Notes: generated by a model from the letters alone, not told the origin. A stretch of DNA of 64,000 bases from an uncultured delta proteobacterium (GCA_963785235.1 CAWAUM010000013.1:32001-96000), one strand, 5' to 3'; shown: positions 49,458 through 61,559, counted from the first letter of the stretch. Made by a program: numbers and translations.

Positions 49458-52400
49458 TCAATCATTTCTGTCTGCAATGGATACCTGGCTTTTAGGGGGG
49501 CTACCACTTGAAGATTCCCCTGGAGGAGATGACACTCCATGTTTCTCTTTACGCCGATCAGCGAGTTTATCAAATATGTAGAAAAACAGCGGCACATAGA
49601 GCATTGCCAGGGTTGTTTCACCGATCATGCCGCCCATTATACCTGTACCTATAGAATGACGGGCATTTGCACCGGCACCGGTTGCGATCGCCAGCGGCAG
49701 CACGCCCAGGATGAAAGCGAGAGATGTCATGATGATGGGCCTCAGGCGTTCCTCGCCGGCCTGAATGGTTGCATCCATGACTGACAGCCCCTGTTTCTTC
49801 AGCTCCACGGCAAACGCCACCCTCAGCACTGCGTTCTTAGCGCCGAGCCCGATCAGCACCAGGAGGCCGATCTGGAAGTAGACGTCGTTGTTGAGGCCCC
49901 GCATCCAGTTGAAGACAAGGGCGCCGAAAATGCCGAAGGGTACTGCCGTCAAGACCGAGCAGGGCAGGATCCAGGATTCGAACTGCGCAGACAGCACGAG
50001 GAATACGATGATGATGCCGAAGATGAAGGCTATTGCCGAGGTGCTCCCCGACTTCTTCTCCTCGTAGGCCATCCCCGACCAGGCGAAGCTGTACCCGTCA
50101 GGGAGTACCTCCTGAGCAATTTCCTCCATTGCCTTGATCGCAGTTCCGGAGCTGTACTCGGTCGCCGCGGAGCCCGTGATCTGGGCGGCCGGGAACCCGT
50201 TGAAGTGCGGCACCAGGTCGGGCCCCGTCACGTAGCTGGTCTTCACCAGGGCGGAGAGCGGGACCATGTCGCCCTTGTTCGAGCGCGTATAGAGGTTGAT
50301 GATGTCGGACGGGTTTTCCCGGTAAGGGGCCTCGGACTGTAGCACAACGTTCCACACGCGGCTGTACTGGTTGAACTGGCTGACAGTGATCGAGCCGAAC
50401 TGGGCCTGCAGGGCGCTGTACACGTCGTCGACCGGGACGTCGAGGAGCACCGACTTGGAGCGGTCGACCTCGGCCTTGAGCTGCTGCGAGGTGGCGCGGA
50501 ACGTGGTGTTCATGCCGGAAAGCTCGGGCCGCTCCTTCGCCTTTGCGATGAACTGTTTGGTGACCTCGCCCAGGCGCACGGGATCACCACCCCCCTTGTC
50601 CTGGATCCAGAACTCGAACCCGCCCGTGGTTCCGATGCCCGGGATGGGCGGCGGAGCGATCGGGAGGAAGACGCCCGTGTTGATGTTGTGGGACCCTGCG
50701 TACACATCGAGGAGCACGGCCTTGGCGTTCTCCTTCTTGGCGCGGGCGATGGACGAGTAGCGCTCCTCGAAGTCCTTGAATGTCGTGAAGAAGGTGGCGA
50801 CATTCGACTTGTACTGTCCGTCGATGAGGCTGAATCCGTTCACCGTGGTCCGGTCCTGAACCGCCACGTTCTTCGCGAACAGCTCGTCTATCTTGGCGGA
50901 GGCCTCCACGGTGCGGGAGAAGCTCGTGGCGTCCGGCATGATGAGCTGCCCCATCACGTAGCCCTGGTCCTCGTTGGGCACGAAGCTGGTGGGGATGGTG
51001 AGGAACAGGTGTACGAGGGCATAGAGCATGAAGGCCAGCAGGACGAAGGCCACGGTCATGCGCTTGATCATGAGCACCACCGCGTCGCCGAAGCCGGCGG
51101 TGAAGCGGTCGAACTTGGCGTTGAACCAGTCGAAGAAGCGGTTGAGCATCCCGAAGACGCCCGTCCTGGAAGACTCGCTGTGCGTAAGCAGGATGCTGCA
51201 CATGACGGGGCTCAGGGTCAGGGCCACGAACCCCGAGATGACCACGGAAATGACGATGGTGACGGCGAACTGCTTGTAGAGCTGTCCGGTGGTCCCGGGG
51301 AGGAACGCGGCCGGGATGAAAATCGAGGCCATGACGAGCACCACGGCGACGAGGGCGCCCCCGATCTCCTCCATGGCCTTGATGGTGGCTTCTCTGGCGG
51401 GAAGCTTGAACTTGGTCATATTGCGCTCCACGTTCTCCACCACGACGATGGCGTCGTCGACCACCATGCCGATAGCGAGCACGAGGCCGAAGAGCGTGAG
51501 GAGGTTGATGGAGAAGCCCATGACCAGCATCCCGGCGAAGGCTCCGATCAGCGCCACGAAAATCGCCACGATGCAGATGATCGTGGAGCGGAACTTCTGC
51601 AGGAAGATATAGACGACCAGGATCACCAGCAGGATGGCCTCGAACAGGGTGTGGACCACCTCCTTGATGGAGATGCGCACGAAGTCCGTTGTGTCAAGCG
51701 CGATGGTGTACTCGATGCCCTCGGGCATCGATGCCTTCAGATTTTCGAGGGTCTTCTTGACGTTCTTCGAGACCTCGAGCCCGTTGGCGCCCGGCTGCTG
51801 GTACACGATGATGGGAGAGGCGTGCATGCCGTTGAGCCTGTTGTCATCGATGTACTGCTTGCGGCCCACCTCGGCCCGGGCTACGTCCTTGAGCCGCACG
51901 ATCGCGCTGCCGTCCTGGCTGGACTTAAGGATGATGTTCTCGTACTCCTTCGGCTGCACGAAGGGGGACTGCGTCACTACGGGGAACGTCAGCTGCACGT
52001 CCTTGCTGCTTGGCTGCTGGCCGATTTGGCCGGCGCCGAAGAGGGCGTTCTGCCTGGCCACGGCGTTCTGGATGTCGGAGGTGGTGATCCCCATCGAGGC
52101 CATCTTGTTCGGGTTCATCCAGATGCGCATCGCCTGGTCCGGTACGCCGAAAATCATCGCCTGGCCCGCGCCGTTCACCCGCTTGATGGCGTCGAGGACG
52201 TAGACGTTGGTGTAGTTGGTCACGTATTCCGGGCTGTACCGGCCGTCCTTGTTGAAGAAGGCGATGATCATCAGGGGGGAGGTCGATTTCTTCTGCACCG
52301 ACACCCCGTACTTCGTCACCGAATCGGGCAGGCTCGGCGCCGCCAGGTTGACCCTGTTCTGCACCTGCACCTGGGCGTTGTCCGGGTCGGTGCCCAGCTC

Positions 52401-52685
52401 GAAGTAGACGGTGATGGTCAGCTGGCCCGTGTTGGAGCTGGTGGATGTCATGTAGAGCATGTTGTCGATGCCGTTGATCTGGGCCTCGATGGGGGCTGCC
52501 ACCGAGTCGCCCACGGTCTTCGAATCGGCGCCGGGGTACATCGCGGTCACAGTGATCTGGACCGGGGTGATCGTGGGGTACATCTCCACGGGCAGGGTCT
52601 TTATCGCGACCAAGCCGGCGATGACGATGAGGAACGAAACGACGGTGGCGAAGATGGGCCGTTCTATGAAGAACTTCGAAAACAT
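49458..52685 (-). CDS. RND efflux permease (HAE1 family)
   Basis: MFSKFFIERP, IGMVVDDAIVVVEN, KNAVL, RLRPIIMTS. Confidence 0.95.
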   Translation of the reverse strand: MFSKFFIERPIFATVVSFLIVIAGLVAIKTLPVEMYPTITPVQITVTAMYPGADSKTVGDSVAAPIEAQINGIDNMLYMTSTSSNTGQLTITVYFELGTDPDNAQVQVQNRVNLAAPSLPDSVTKYGVSVQKKSTSPLMIIAFFNKDGRYSPEYVTNYTNVYVLDAIKRVNGAGQAMIFGVPDQAMRIWMNPNKMASMGITTSDIQNAVARQNALFGAGQIGQQPSSKDVQLTFPVVTQSPFVQPKEYENIILKSSQDGSAIVRLKDVARAEVGRKQYIDDNRLNGMHASPIIVYQQPGANGLEVSKNVKKTLENLKASMPEGIEYTIALDTTDFVRISIKEVVHTLFEAILLVILVVYIFLQKFRSTIICIVAIFVALIGAFAGMLVMGFSINLLTLFGLVLAIGMVVDDAIVVVENVERNMTKFKLPAREATIKAMEEIGGALVAVVLVMASIFIPAAFLPGTTGQLYKQFAVTIVISVVISGFVALTLSPVMCSILLTHSESSRTGVFGMLNRFFDWFNAKFDRFTAGFGDAVVLMIKRMTVAFVLLAFMLYALVHLFLTIPTSFVPNEDQGYVMGQLIMPDATSFSRTVEASAKIDELFAKNVAVQDRTTVNGFSLIDGQYKSNVATFFTTFKDFEERYSSIARAKKENAKAVLLDVYAGSHNINTGVFLPIAPPPIPGIGTTGGFEFWIQDKGGGDPVRLGEVTKQFIAKAKERPELSGMNTTFRATSQQLKAEVDRSKSVLLDVPVDDVYSALQAQFGSITVSQFNQYSRVWNVVLQSEAPYRENPSDIINLYTRSNKGDMVPLSALVKTSYVTGPDLVPHFNGFPAAQITGSAATEYSSGTAIKAMEEIAQEVLPDGYSFAWSGMAYEEKKSGSTSAIAFIFGIIIVFLVLSAQFESWILPCSVLTAVPFGIFGALVFNWMRGLNNDVYFQIGLLVLIGLGAKNAVLRVAFAVELKKQGLSVMDATIQAGEERLRPIIMTSLAFILGVLPLAIATGAGANARHSIGTGIMGGMIGETTLAMLYVPLFFYIFDKLADRRKEKHGVSSPPGESSSGSPPKSQVSIADRND

Positions 52686-52688
52686 GGC

Positions 52689-53939
52689 CTAGCTTCTCCC
52701 GTGCTGGTCGTCGCCCTTGGCAGCCTCGGGCTTTTTATCCTCCGGATTCGGCTGTGCGGCGGGCGGTGCGGGCTGGTCGTTTGCGGCGGTGCCCTTGATG
52801 ACCACCGCCTGGCCCGGCGTCAGCGTCTGGCCGCCGTCGACCACCACGGATTCGCCGGCATGGAGCCCCTCGTTGATGAACCAGCTGTTCCCCAGCCATT
52901 CGCCGACTTCCACGGGCCGGTTTTCGACCTTGTTGTCCTTGCCCACGACCCAGACGTAATGACCCTTGGCCCCCTGCTGGACGGCCCGCTGGGGAACGAG
53001 GATAGCTCCCGGGCGGACGGCGCCGAGGATGTGCGCCCGCACGTACTGGCCTGGCCTCAGCACGTCGTCCGGGTTGGGGATCGTCGCGCGGATGAGGAAG
53101 GTGCCCGTATCCTGGTTGAACTCGGCGTCGGCAAACGTGATGCGCCCCTTGTGGGGGAAGACCGATCCGTCGGCGAGGACGATCTCAACCTCGTACTCGT
53201 TCGTCTTGGGCGTACGGACCAGACCGCTTTTCACCTGGCTTTTCACGTTGAGCATGTCCTCTTCGGACAGGCTGAAGCTCACCCACATGGGATCGATCTG
53301 GGAGACGTAGGTGAGGAGGCTGTTCTGCATGTTGATGTACGAGCCTTCCTGGACCCGGGAGTAGCTGGAGAGACCCGACACCGGGGTGGTGATGGTGGTG
53401 TAGCCGAGGTTGAACCTTGCTTGGGAGACATCCGCCTTGGCCTTCTGCACAGCCGCGGCCGCCTCCTGCTCCTTGCCGATCGCATCATCGAGGTCCTTCT
53501 GGGAGAGCGCGTTCTGCTTGGCAAGGGGCCTGACACGCGCAAGGTCGGCCTGGGCGGTTTTGAGCCGGGCCGTCTGCTCGGCAAGGGCGCCTTCCATCGC
53601 TTCCACCTGCGCCTGGAAGGGCTTGGGGTCCATCCTGAACATTACCTGGCCCACCTTGACAAAGCTGCCTTCGACATATTCCCGTTTGTCGAGGAACCCG
53701 TCCACCCTGGACCGGATCTCCACCTGGTGAGAGCTCTGGGTCTGTGCGACGAACTCTCTGGTAACCGGAGTATCCCGGGGCTCGATCTTGATCACGGTTA
53801 CCTGGGGTGTCTGCTGGCCCGGTAAAGAGGCCTTTTTCTGGCAGCCGGAAGCAAGAAGGGTGAATACCGATACGAGCACGATAAAACTCCATATGATTCG
53901 ATTAAAAGATTTCCCTGTTTTATTCATATCAATATTCAA
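52689..53939 (-). CDS. RND periplasmic adaptor (MFP) lipoprotein
   Basis: Lipobox ASGC, VEIRSRVDG, LRPGQYV, VPQRAV. Confidence 0.95.
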   Translation of the reverse strand: MNIDMNKTGKSFNRIIWSFIVLVSVFTLLASGCQKKASLPGQQTPQVTVIKIEPRDTPVTREFVAQTQSSHQVEIRSRVDGFLDKREYVEGSFVKVGQVMFRMDPKPFQAQVEAMEGALAEQTARLKTAQADLARVRPLAKQNALSQKDLDDAIGKEQEAAAAVQKAKADVSQARFNLGYTTITTPVSGLSSYSRVQEGSYINMQNSLLTYVSQIDPMWVSFSLSEEDMLNVKSQVKSGLVRTPKTNEYEVEIVLADGSVFPHKGRITFADAEFNQDTGTFLIRATIPNPDDVLRPGQYVRAHILGAVRPGAILVPQRAVQQGAKGHYVWVVGKDNKVENRPVEVGEWLGNSWFINEGLHAGESVVVDGGQTLTPGQAVVIKGTAANDQPAPPAAQPNPEDKKPEAAKGDDQHGRS

Positions 53940-54349
53940 TATTTTTCATTATCCTATGTACTGAAAGCCCCCGTTTGTTAACGCCCTATCGACCTTATCA
54001 TTACTATCCCGGATTGTTGCAAGCTCTGACGAATCTGATTCTGGTTTTCCCCCATCCATACAATTGTTGCCAACCTGCCTTACACGTTTAACTATGACTT
54101 TGATAATTGATAATTAAACTATTATAGTTATTAATTGTGGCTGCTGTAAAAAAGCATAATCCAATGAATTATACTGATAGTATTCTAGCATAAATAGTAT
54201 TCTTATAAAATAAGATAAACCTGTTTCATGGCGTGGTCAATCAATGTTAATATCTTCACATGCTCAGGTTTTTTGTAAAAACATCACACCAGATAAAAAA
54301 AGATATACTACTTAATGAATTTCTCCAATCAGCGCTTGAGTCTGCCAAG

Positions 54350-54652
54350 ATGGAGTATACATCGGACAAGCCCATCGCGGAGGCCGCTTTGGCCGGAACA
54401 CGGCTACGCCTGAGGCCCATCCTCATGACCAGCTTCGCCTTCATCCTGGGCTGCGTGACGCTGGCCACGGCTATGGGTGCAGGCATCATTGCCTGCAGGG
54501 TCATGGGAGCTGAAGTCATCCGTGACATGCCGGCGGCCACCGGCATCGCCATCTTCCTCATCCCGGTAACATTCACCCTGATCCAGAGACTCGCCCAGCA
54601 GGGAGATGACAGCAAAGCACCTGAGAATAAGGAGGTCAGCCCCCATGCATAA
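54350..54652 (+). pseudogene. C-terminal fragment of a second RND permease
   Basis: RLRLRPILMTSFAFILG; stop overlaps the OMF start; N-terminus absent. Confidence 0.8.
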
Positions 54653-56091
54653 AACCCTACTCATATCCTTTGTCGCAGTGCTGCTTGCCGGATGCGCCCT
54701 GGGGCCCGACTACATACGCCCGGCCGTTGATACGCCCCAGACATGGAGATATGAGGTGAAAGAGGCGAAAGAGGTGGCTAATACCCGGTGGTGGGAGCAG
54801 TTCGGCGACCCGGTCCTGAACGAGATGATTCTGAATGCGCTCAAAGAGAACAAAGACCTCAGGATCGCTGCCGCACGGGTGGATGAATACGAAGGCCGCC
54901 TCATGGTGAGCCGCGCCGACCTCTTTCCCAAGGCGGATGCATCGTACAAGGCCAGCAAGAATCGTATCTCCGAGCACAGCTCAAGTAGAATCTCATCACT
55001 CATTGCCAACCCCTATAACCAGTACCAGGCCGGCTTCGGCGCCTCCTGGGAGCTCGATATCTGGGGACGCTACCGCAGGGCCGACGAGGCAGCCCGCGCA
55101 GACCTCCTGGCCACCGAGGAAGCCAGGCAGGGGACGATCCTCTAGCCTCTGCTCGTCCGTAGCCGTGGGATATGTCAACCTCAGGGACCTTGACAACCAG
55201 CTCATCATAGCCAGGCGCACGGCAGAAAACACGAAAGGGACCCTGGATCTGTTCCAGAGCCGTGCGAAAGGCGGGGTCATATCCGACCTTGAGCTGAGCC
55301 AGGTGAAATCCCAGTATGCCCTCACGTTGACAAGGATCCCGGCCATAGAGAAGCTCATCAGCCAGCAGGAAGATGCGCTGTCCATCCTACTGGGCAGGAA
55401 TCCCGGTGCCATAGTCCGGGGAAAGACCATCGCCGAGCTTATGCTGCCGATGGTTCCCCAGGGCCTGCCGTCCGATCTCCTGGAGCGAAGGCCCGATATC
55501 CGTCAGGCGGAGCAGGGACTCATTGCAGCCAATGCACGCATCGGGGAGGCCCGGGCATTATACTACCCGAATATCTCTTTGACCGGCGCCTTCGGGTGGT
55601 CCAGCTCCCACCTCTCCGACCTCCTCACCTCTCCTGCCAGGGTATGGAACTGGGGCGGCGCCATCGGCGCGCCGATCTTCGCGGGCGGCGCCATCAGAGG
55701 ACAGAACAAGGCGGCTGAGGCCATGCAGCAGGAGACCCTTTTCGCCTATCAGAAGACCGTCCAGAATGCCTTCCGGGAGGTGAATGACTCCCTGATGAAT
55801 CAGAAGTATACCCGGGAGCAGCTCGACGCCCAGAAGATGCAGGTGGATGCGCTCCGCGATTATGCCCGCATCGCCAGGCTCAGGTTCGACAACGGTTACA
55901 CGAGCTACATCGAGGTGCTCGATGCCGAGAGCAGCCTCTTCGAGGCCGAGCTCTCCTACTCCCAGACACAGGGCACCCTCTTCTCTGATCTGGTCGGAAT
56001 ATACAAGACCATGGGCGGCGGATGGGTGACTGAGGCGGACAGGCTTTCAACACCCCGGGACAACAAGGAAACTCAGAACATGAACCAGTGA
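54645..56091 (+). CDS. Outer membrane efflux factor, NodT/OprM family (frameshift ~55140)
   Basis: LAGCALGPDY, SWELDIWG, LPSDLLERRPDI, KTMGGGW. Confidence 0.9.
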
Positions 56092-56119
56092 ATGAATTCA
56101 TCCTCCACAGGGACGAACT

Positions 56120-57793
56120 ATGACACAGTATCTCATCACCATCATCCGGGAAAACCCTGAAGTTCTGGTTTTTTTATCGCTGGCCGTGGGCTATCTCATG
56201 GGGAAGATCAAGATCAGGGGCTTCGGCATCGGCACCACCGCCTCGGTGCTGCTGGTCGCCATGGCCCTTGGCCAGTTCGGCATCGACGTCCCGCCCATAT
56301 TAAAGAGCATCAGCTTCGCGCTCTTTGCCTTCTGCATCGGCTACCAGGTGGGCCCGCAGTTCTTCGGGGCACTGCGCAAGGAGGGCATGAACTACCTCTG
56401 GATCACCATCGTGGTCGTATTGACAGGACTTGCCACTGCAGTGATCCTGGGCAAGGCGTTTCATTTCGACAAAGGAACTACGGCCGGTCTCTTTGCAGGC
56501 GCCATGACCCAGTCTGCCGTGATCGGCACGGCCAACGGCGCGGTGGGCCAACTGGCCATCTCCGCTGCAGATAAGCAGGTGCTCAGCAACAACATAGCCG
56601 TCGCCTATGCCATAACCTATCTCTTCGGCGTCATCGGCGTCATCGTGTTCTTCAAGCTCCTTCCTAACATACTCAGGATCAACCTGAAGGCCGAGGCAAA
56701 TAAACTCGAGAAACAGATGGGTGGGGGCTCTGAACTCAGGAGCCCGGAACTGTTCTCCTGGTCGAAACAGGTGGGCTTACGGGCATATGAGGCAACAAAG
56801 GCCGTCGGCCAGAAGGTAGGCGAGGTTGAAGGCACGTTCCCTGCGCGTGTGGCCGTATACCATATCAGGCGTGCCGGGGCACTGCTTGAAGTATCACAGG
56901 ATACGCTTATAGAGCCCTCGGACATCCTGGTGCTGGGGGGCAAGTATGTGGGGCTCATCCATGCCCCGGACATCATCGGAAGAGAGGTGGATGTATCAGA
57001 GGTCATTGACATGATCGGCGAATCCCTGGATGTGTGCGTGCTCAATAGCGCCGTGGTGGGAAAGACGCTGGGCGATATCGCCAGAAACAAGGGCGCCCAC
57101 GGTATCTTCCTGGCAAGGATGACCAGGCAGGGACATGACCTGCCCATTCTGGCAGATACCGTGATCAATAAGTGCGACATCCTGCAACTCGTCGGCACGG
57201 CTGAAGATGTGGAACGTGCTGCCCAGGCACTTGGCTATCCGGAGCGGCCCACATCAGTGACTGACCTCGTCATGGTAGGCCTGGGATGTGTTGTAGGGAC
57301 ATTGATCGGCATGATCGTCATCCCGGTAGGGGGCATCCCCATCACGCTGGGCACGGGTGGAGGGGTGCTTGCGGCAGGTCTTGTGTGCGGCTGGCTGCGC
57401 TCGGTCCACCCGACCTTCGGCCAGATCCCTGACGGCGGCCAGTGGCTGTTGAACGACCTGGGTCTGAGCCTCTTTGTGGCCTGCATAGGACTGAGTTCCG
57501 GCAAGGCGGCACTCCAGGCGCTTCAGAGCAACGGCATCACCATATTCCTGGCAGGCATCGTCATGGCCCTGGTGCCCATCATGGTGGCAGCCCTCTTCGG
57601 GAAATTCATCCTGAAGATGAACCCCATCCTGCTCCTGAGCGGTCTCACAGGCGCCCGGGTCATCCCCCAGGCCATGACCGCCCTGCAGGAGGATGCCGGG
57701 AGCGCGACCCTGGCCCTGGGCTTTGCCGCACCTTTTGCCTTTGCAAATGTGTTTCTCACGGTCATGGGCAGCATCATCATCAACATCATGTGA
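56120..57793 (+). CDS. aspT: AspT/YidE family aspartate:alanine-type antiporter
   Basis: IGYQVGPQFF, AGAMTQSAVIG, two TrkA-C-like domains. Confidence 0.85.
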   Translation: MTQYLITIIRENPEVLVFLSLAVGYLMGKIKIRGFGIGTTASVLLVAMALGQFGIDVPPILKSISFALFAFCIGYQVGPQFFGALRKEGMNYLWITIVVVLTGLATAVILGKAFHFDKGTTAGLFAGAMTQSAVIGTANGAVGQLAISAADKQVLSNNIAVAYAITYLFGVIGVIVFFKLLPNILRINLKAEANKLEKQMGGGSELRSPELFSWSKQVGLRAYEATKAVGQKVGEVEGTFPARVAVYHIRRAGALLEVSQDTLIEPSDILVLGGKYVGLIHAPDIIGREVDVSEVIDMIGESLDVCVLNSAVVGKTLGDIARNKGAHGIFLARMTRQGHDLPILADTVINKCDILQLVGTAEDVERAAQALGYPERPTSVTDLVMVGLGCVVGTLIGMIVIPVGGIPITLGTGGGVLAAGLVCGWLRSVHPTFGQIPDGGQWLLNDLGLSLFVACIGLSSGKAALQALQSNGITIFLAGIVMALVPIMVAALFGKFILKMNPILLLSGLTGARVIPQAMTALQEDAGSATLALGFAAPFAFANVFLTVMGSIIINIM

Positions 57794-57842
57794 ACAGGAC
57801 AGACGGCTTGGCACGCAGGCAGTGCCAGGAAACGGATTGTAT

Positions 57843-58553
57843 ATGTGGAAAAAACTGATCAGATATCTACTGAGCGATCCCCGGGATCACATCATGAGTG
57901 TCTTCCTCGGTCTCCTGTGCATCGAGGTCTTCATATTCGGGCCTCTGGCGCGCGCCGAAGGGTCCATGGTTGTCATCTTTAACGGCATCGTATTCTCCTT
58001 GCTGCTCATCATAGGCGTCCTTGCCATGACACCGACCCATATCATAACCCAGGTTGCCTCTACTGCAATCATTGCCTTGGCTATAGCGCTACGCTGGATG
58101 GCAAATCTTTCAGGCTCTTCAACACTCTATCTCTGGGACAAGGTCTCCTCCCTGGCTGCAGCGCTGACGTTTTTGGCCCTTGTGTTATGGCAGGTCTACA
58201 GAGAGAGCCCGGCAACGGTGCACAAGATCCGTGGGGCCATAGCCGCCTATCTGCTCATGGCAGTGATCTTCGCCTTTTTGTACAACATCACCGAGCTGGT
58301 GCTTCCGGGTGCCTTTACCCTTGCCCAGCAGGGCGGAAACCTCCGGTATTCCCAGGTGGAGCCGTTCCTCTATTTCAGTGTCTCCACCCTGACTACGGTC
58401 GGGTTCGGCGACATCACTGCCGTCCATCCTCTAGCCCGTTCCCTCGTGATGATGGAATCCATCATCGGCATCCTTTATCCGCCTGTCCTCATTGGCGTCC
58501 TGGTCTCCCTGCATATTGAGTGGCTGCGGGAAAGAAGTGGGAAACAGGGATGA
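57843..58553 (+). CDS. Potassium channel family protein (Ion_trans_2)
   Basis: YFSVSTLTTVGFGDI filter motif. Confidence 0.85.
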   Translation: MWKKLIRYLLSDPRDHIMSVFLGLLCIEVFIFGPLARAEGSMVVIFNGIVFSLLLIIGVLAMTPTHIITQVASTAIIALAIALRWMANLSGSSTLYLWDKVSSLAAALTFLALVLWQVYRESPATVHKIRGAIAAYLLMAVIFAFLYNITELVLPGAFTLAQQGGNLRYSQVEPFLYFSVSTLTTVGFGDITAVHPLARSLVMMESIIGILYPPVLIGVLVSLHIEWLRERSGKQG

Positions 58554-59894
58554 ACTTCCAGGAAAACATGGGCTCTGAAGGATCCCTTCACCGCATCCTC
58601 ATCGTCCGCCTTCTCACGGTAGGAGCATGTCATCTCCATAGCCGTGATGGCCCTTGTCCTGTGGGTGGAGCTCAGGAACATCAATGAGCGCGTGAAGAGC
58701 CAGGCATCGGTTGCCTCCGAACGTCTACGGTGGACCCTCATGGCTGACCTCGATGCGCCGGGCCTCGGTGACCATGCCCGGATCCAGCGCTCCCTTGAAA
58801 AACCCCTGTCCATACCGGCACGGCCCGCAGAAGGATCGTTTGTCTATGCGCGCATCACGGATCCAGGCTTCACTGTTATTGCACAGGTGAGCGACCCTGC
58901 CTATGCACATATGGGGGTCATCACCTCCCGGGTCCTTTCGGGCCTGGACCGGGCCGCACTCAGGGAACAAGGCGTCTGGGAAAAGGTCTCCCGGGTGGAG
59001 GGTGCCCCTGTCATCCACATGGGTTATGCTTTGAAGAACAGTTCCGGCAAGCGGGTAGGCTATATCGAAGGGGTCTATGCCATCTCACGGAAGTACCTAG
59101 CCCAGGCGCGCCTGCAGGCGGCCGTGACTGCGATCATTGCCGCGGGCATCGTGCTGCTCACCACCCTGATCCTCTACCCTGCCATCAATCGGCTCCTGGG
59201 AAGGGTTTCAGGCCTGACAACAGGCCTGCTCCATGCCAACCTGGAGATCCTGAACGTGCTGGGAAGCGCCATTGCCAAGAGGGACAACGACACGGATATC
59301 CACAACTACCGGGTCACCATCTATGCCATCCGTCTCGGGCAGGAGCTGGGCCTGTCAGGCGCAGAGATGCGCTCGCTCATCAAGGGGGCGTTCCTCCACG
59401 ATGTGGGAAAGATCGGCATCAGGGACAGCATCTTGCTGAAGCCCGGGCGTCTGACGCATGAGGAGTTCGAAGAGATGAAGCAGCATGTGCGGCACGGACT
59501 GGATATCGTGGGCCGCTCCGCCTGGCTGAAGGATGCCTCACCGGTAGTGGGAAACCACCATGAGCGCTATGACGGCACCGGCTATCTCGAGAGTCTGAGC
59601 GGCAGCGACATACCAAAGGTAGCGCGTATCTTTGCCATAGCCGATGTCTTTGATGCGTTGACCTCCAAACGCCCCTACAAGGCAGCCATGGGCTATGAGG
59701 AATCCATGAAGATACTCCAGGAAGGCAGGGGCAGTCATTTCGACCCGGAGATCATGGACAGCTTCGCGAAGATCGCGCCGGAGCTCTATGATACCTATGC
59801 CAACCGGGACGACAAAACGCCCAGGGACGACCTGAGACGCATAGGTGCGCCATATTTCGGGCCCGATCTTGCCCAAGTCGTCTCCCGTGATTGA
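58550..59894 (+). CDS. Membrane-bound HD-GYP phosphodiesterase (probable frameshift ~58625)
   Basis: LHDVGKIG, HHERYDGTGY, ADVFDALTSKRPYK; ATG at 58550 overlaps the upstream stop. Confidence 0.85.
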
Positions 59895-60087
59895 GGGACT
59901 TGTCTTTTACTGTGATGGACCAGGGATGAGATGGTACAGAAGAGAGGGTATACGGATAACGTACGTCGTCGACCTGAGGGTCTTGTTCCGGAATAGAGGC
60001 TATCATCCCATGCGCTGTTTTCTGAAATGATCCGGGCCACATGTTAGATCTGAAAAGATACTTAGGATACCAGAAGAGGAGGATCAC

Positions 60088-61378
60088 ATGGATCTCTTAA
60101 AAGAAATCTTCACGAATGAGGTGTTCCCGGCCATAGGGTGTACCGAGCCCATTTCCTGCGCATACACAACGGCGGCTGCTGTAGAGCAGTTGCAGGCCCC
60201 CCCGGAGAGTATCGACCTCATCGTGGACCCCGGCACCTTCAAGAACGGCGCTGCTGTAACGGTGCCGAACAGCGGCGGGGAAAAGGGCAATGTTATTGCC
60301 GCTGCCCTCGGTGCAGTTATAGCCAGGTCCGACATGAGGCTGGAGATCCTGAAGGAGGTCACCCCTGAAGTGCTGAAGAAGGCGAAAAACCTCCTTGAGA
60401 AAGGGGCCGTCAAGTATATCTGCAAGGAAGATGAGAAGAACTTTCATGTGGAGGTGTCGGCTAGGAGCAATGGTTCACATGTCCGCTGCGTGGTGTCTGA
60501 GGGACATACCAATATCACCTCCCTGGAAAAGGACGGGAAGTCCATTATTGCCACGCACCCCCATGGACGTGCAAATGCACAGGGATACCGGGATGCCATG
60601 CGCACAATGAAACTGGAAGAGGTGCTCCGGGAGGCGATAAAACTCGATGATGACATGCGGGCATACATCCAGCGCGGCATCGACATGAACATGACCATTG
60701 CGGAAAAGGGCATAGACATGAGGCGTACGGGCTACCAGATCAGGCAGATGATGGTAGACGGCCTCAAGGCGGACGACCTCTTCTACCAGGTGAAGTCCGC
60801 GTCGCGTGCGCCGTGGATGCCCGCATGGGCGGTATGCCGGAGCCGGTCATGACCTCGGGAGGATCGGGCAACCAGGGTACGCTCACTATCATAGCGCCGT
60901 ATGTAGTGGGCCGCCACCAGGGGATTGAGATCGGCCGTATACAGGAGAGCATCGCCATCAGCCATGCCGTCAACTCGTATGTCAAGTGCTTCACCGGCGA
61001 GCTCTCGGTCATCTGCGGCTGCGCCATAGCCGCCAGCATTGCATCAGCAGTCGCATGGTCTACCAGAAGGCGGGTATCGACATGGCAAAGATCAACCTTG
61101 CCATGGACAATGTCATCGGCGACCTGTGCGGCATCATCTGCGACGGCGCCAAGCCCGGGTGCTCCATGAAGATCATGAGCGGCGCGGAGACGGCCATGCG
61201 TTCGGCGTTCATGGCCCTTTCCGGATACGGTCTCTCATCGGATGACGGGGTGCTCGGCAGATCGCCGGAGGAGTCCATCCTCAATATCGGCAAGGTATCG
61301 CTCCAGGGCATGTTCGCCGTGGACCCCACCGTGGTCCATATCATTCAGGACAAGTCAAGCCGGAGCGGCCTGGCCTGA
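60088..61378 (+). CDS. L-cysteine desulfidase / serine dehydratase-like alpha family (YhaM-like; two frameshifts)
   Basis: PAIGCTEP, DARMGG, GSGNQG, ICGC and CDGAKPGC across three ORFs. Confidence 0.85.
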
Positions 61379-61559
61379 TCCTGGCGGTTCCCGTAACCAT
61401 CATGGGGCAATGGTCACAGCTGTTTCGTTACCGGCCCTATCATATATGGAGATAACCGGATTGCGCACAGCCTCCATTAAGCGAGGCTGCCCCGCCGTTA
61501 TCCAACGCAGGAAGTCAAGGCAGACAGGGAAACCGGTTGGATAGGTGCTGAAGCGTCTC

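Noticed and set aside
50688-53825. 1045-aa plus-strand ORF
   Set aside because: Antisense shadow of the GC-rich RND and MFP genes; no recognisable motifs.
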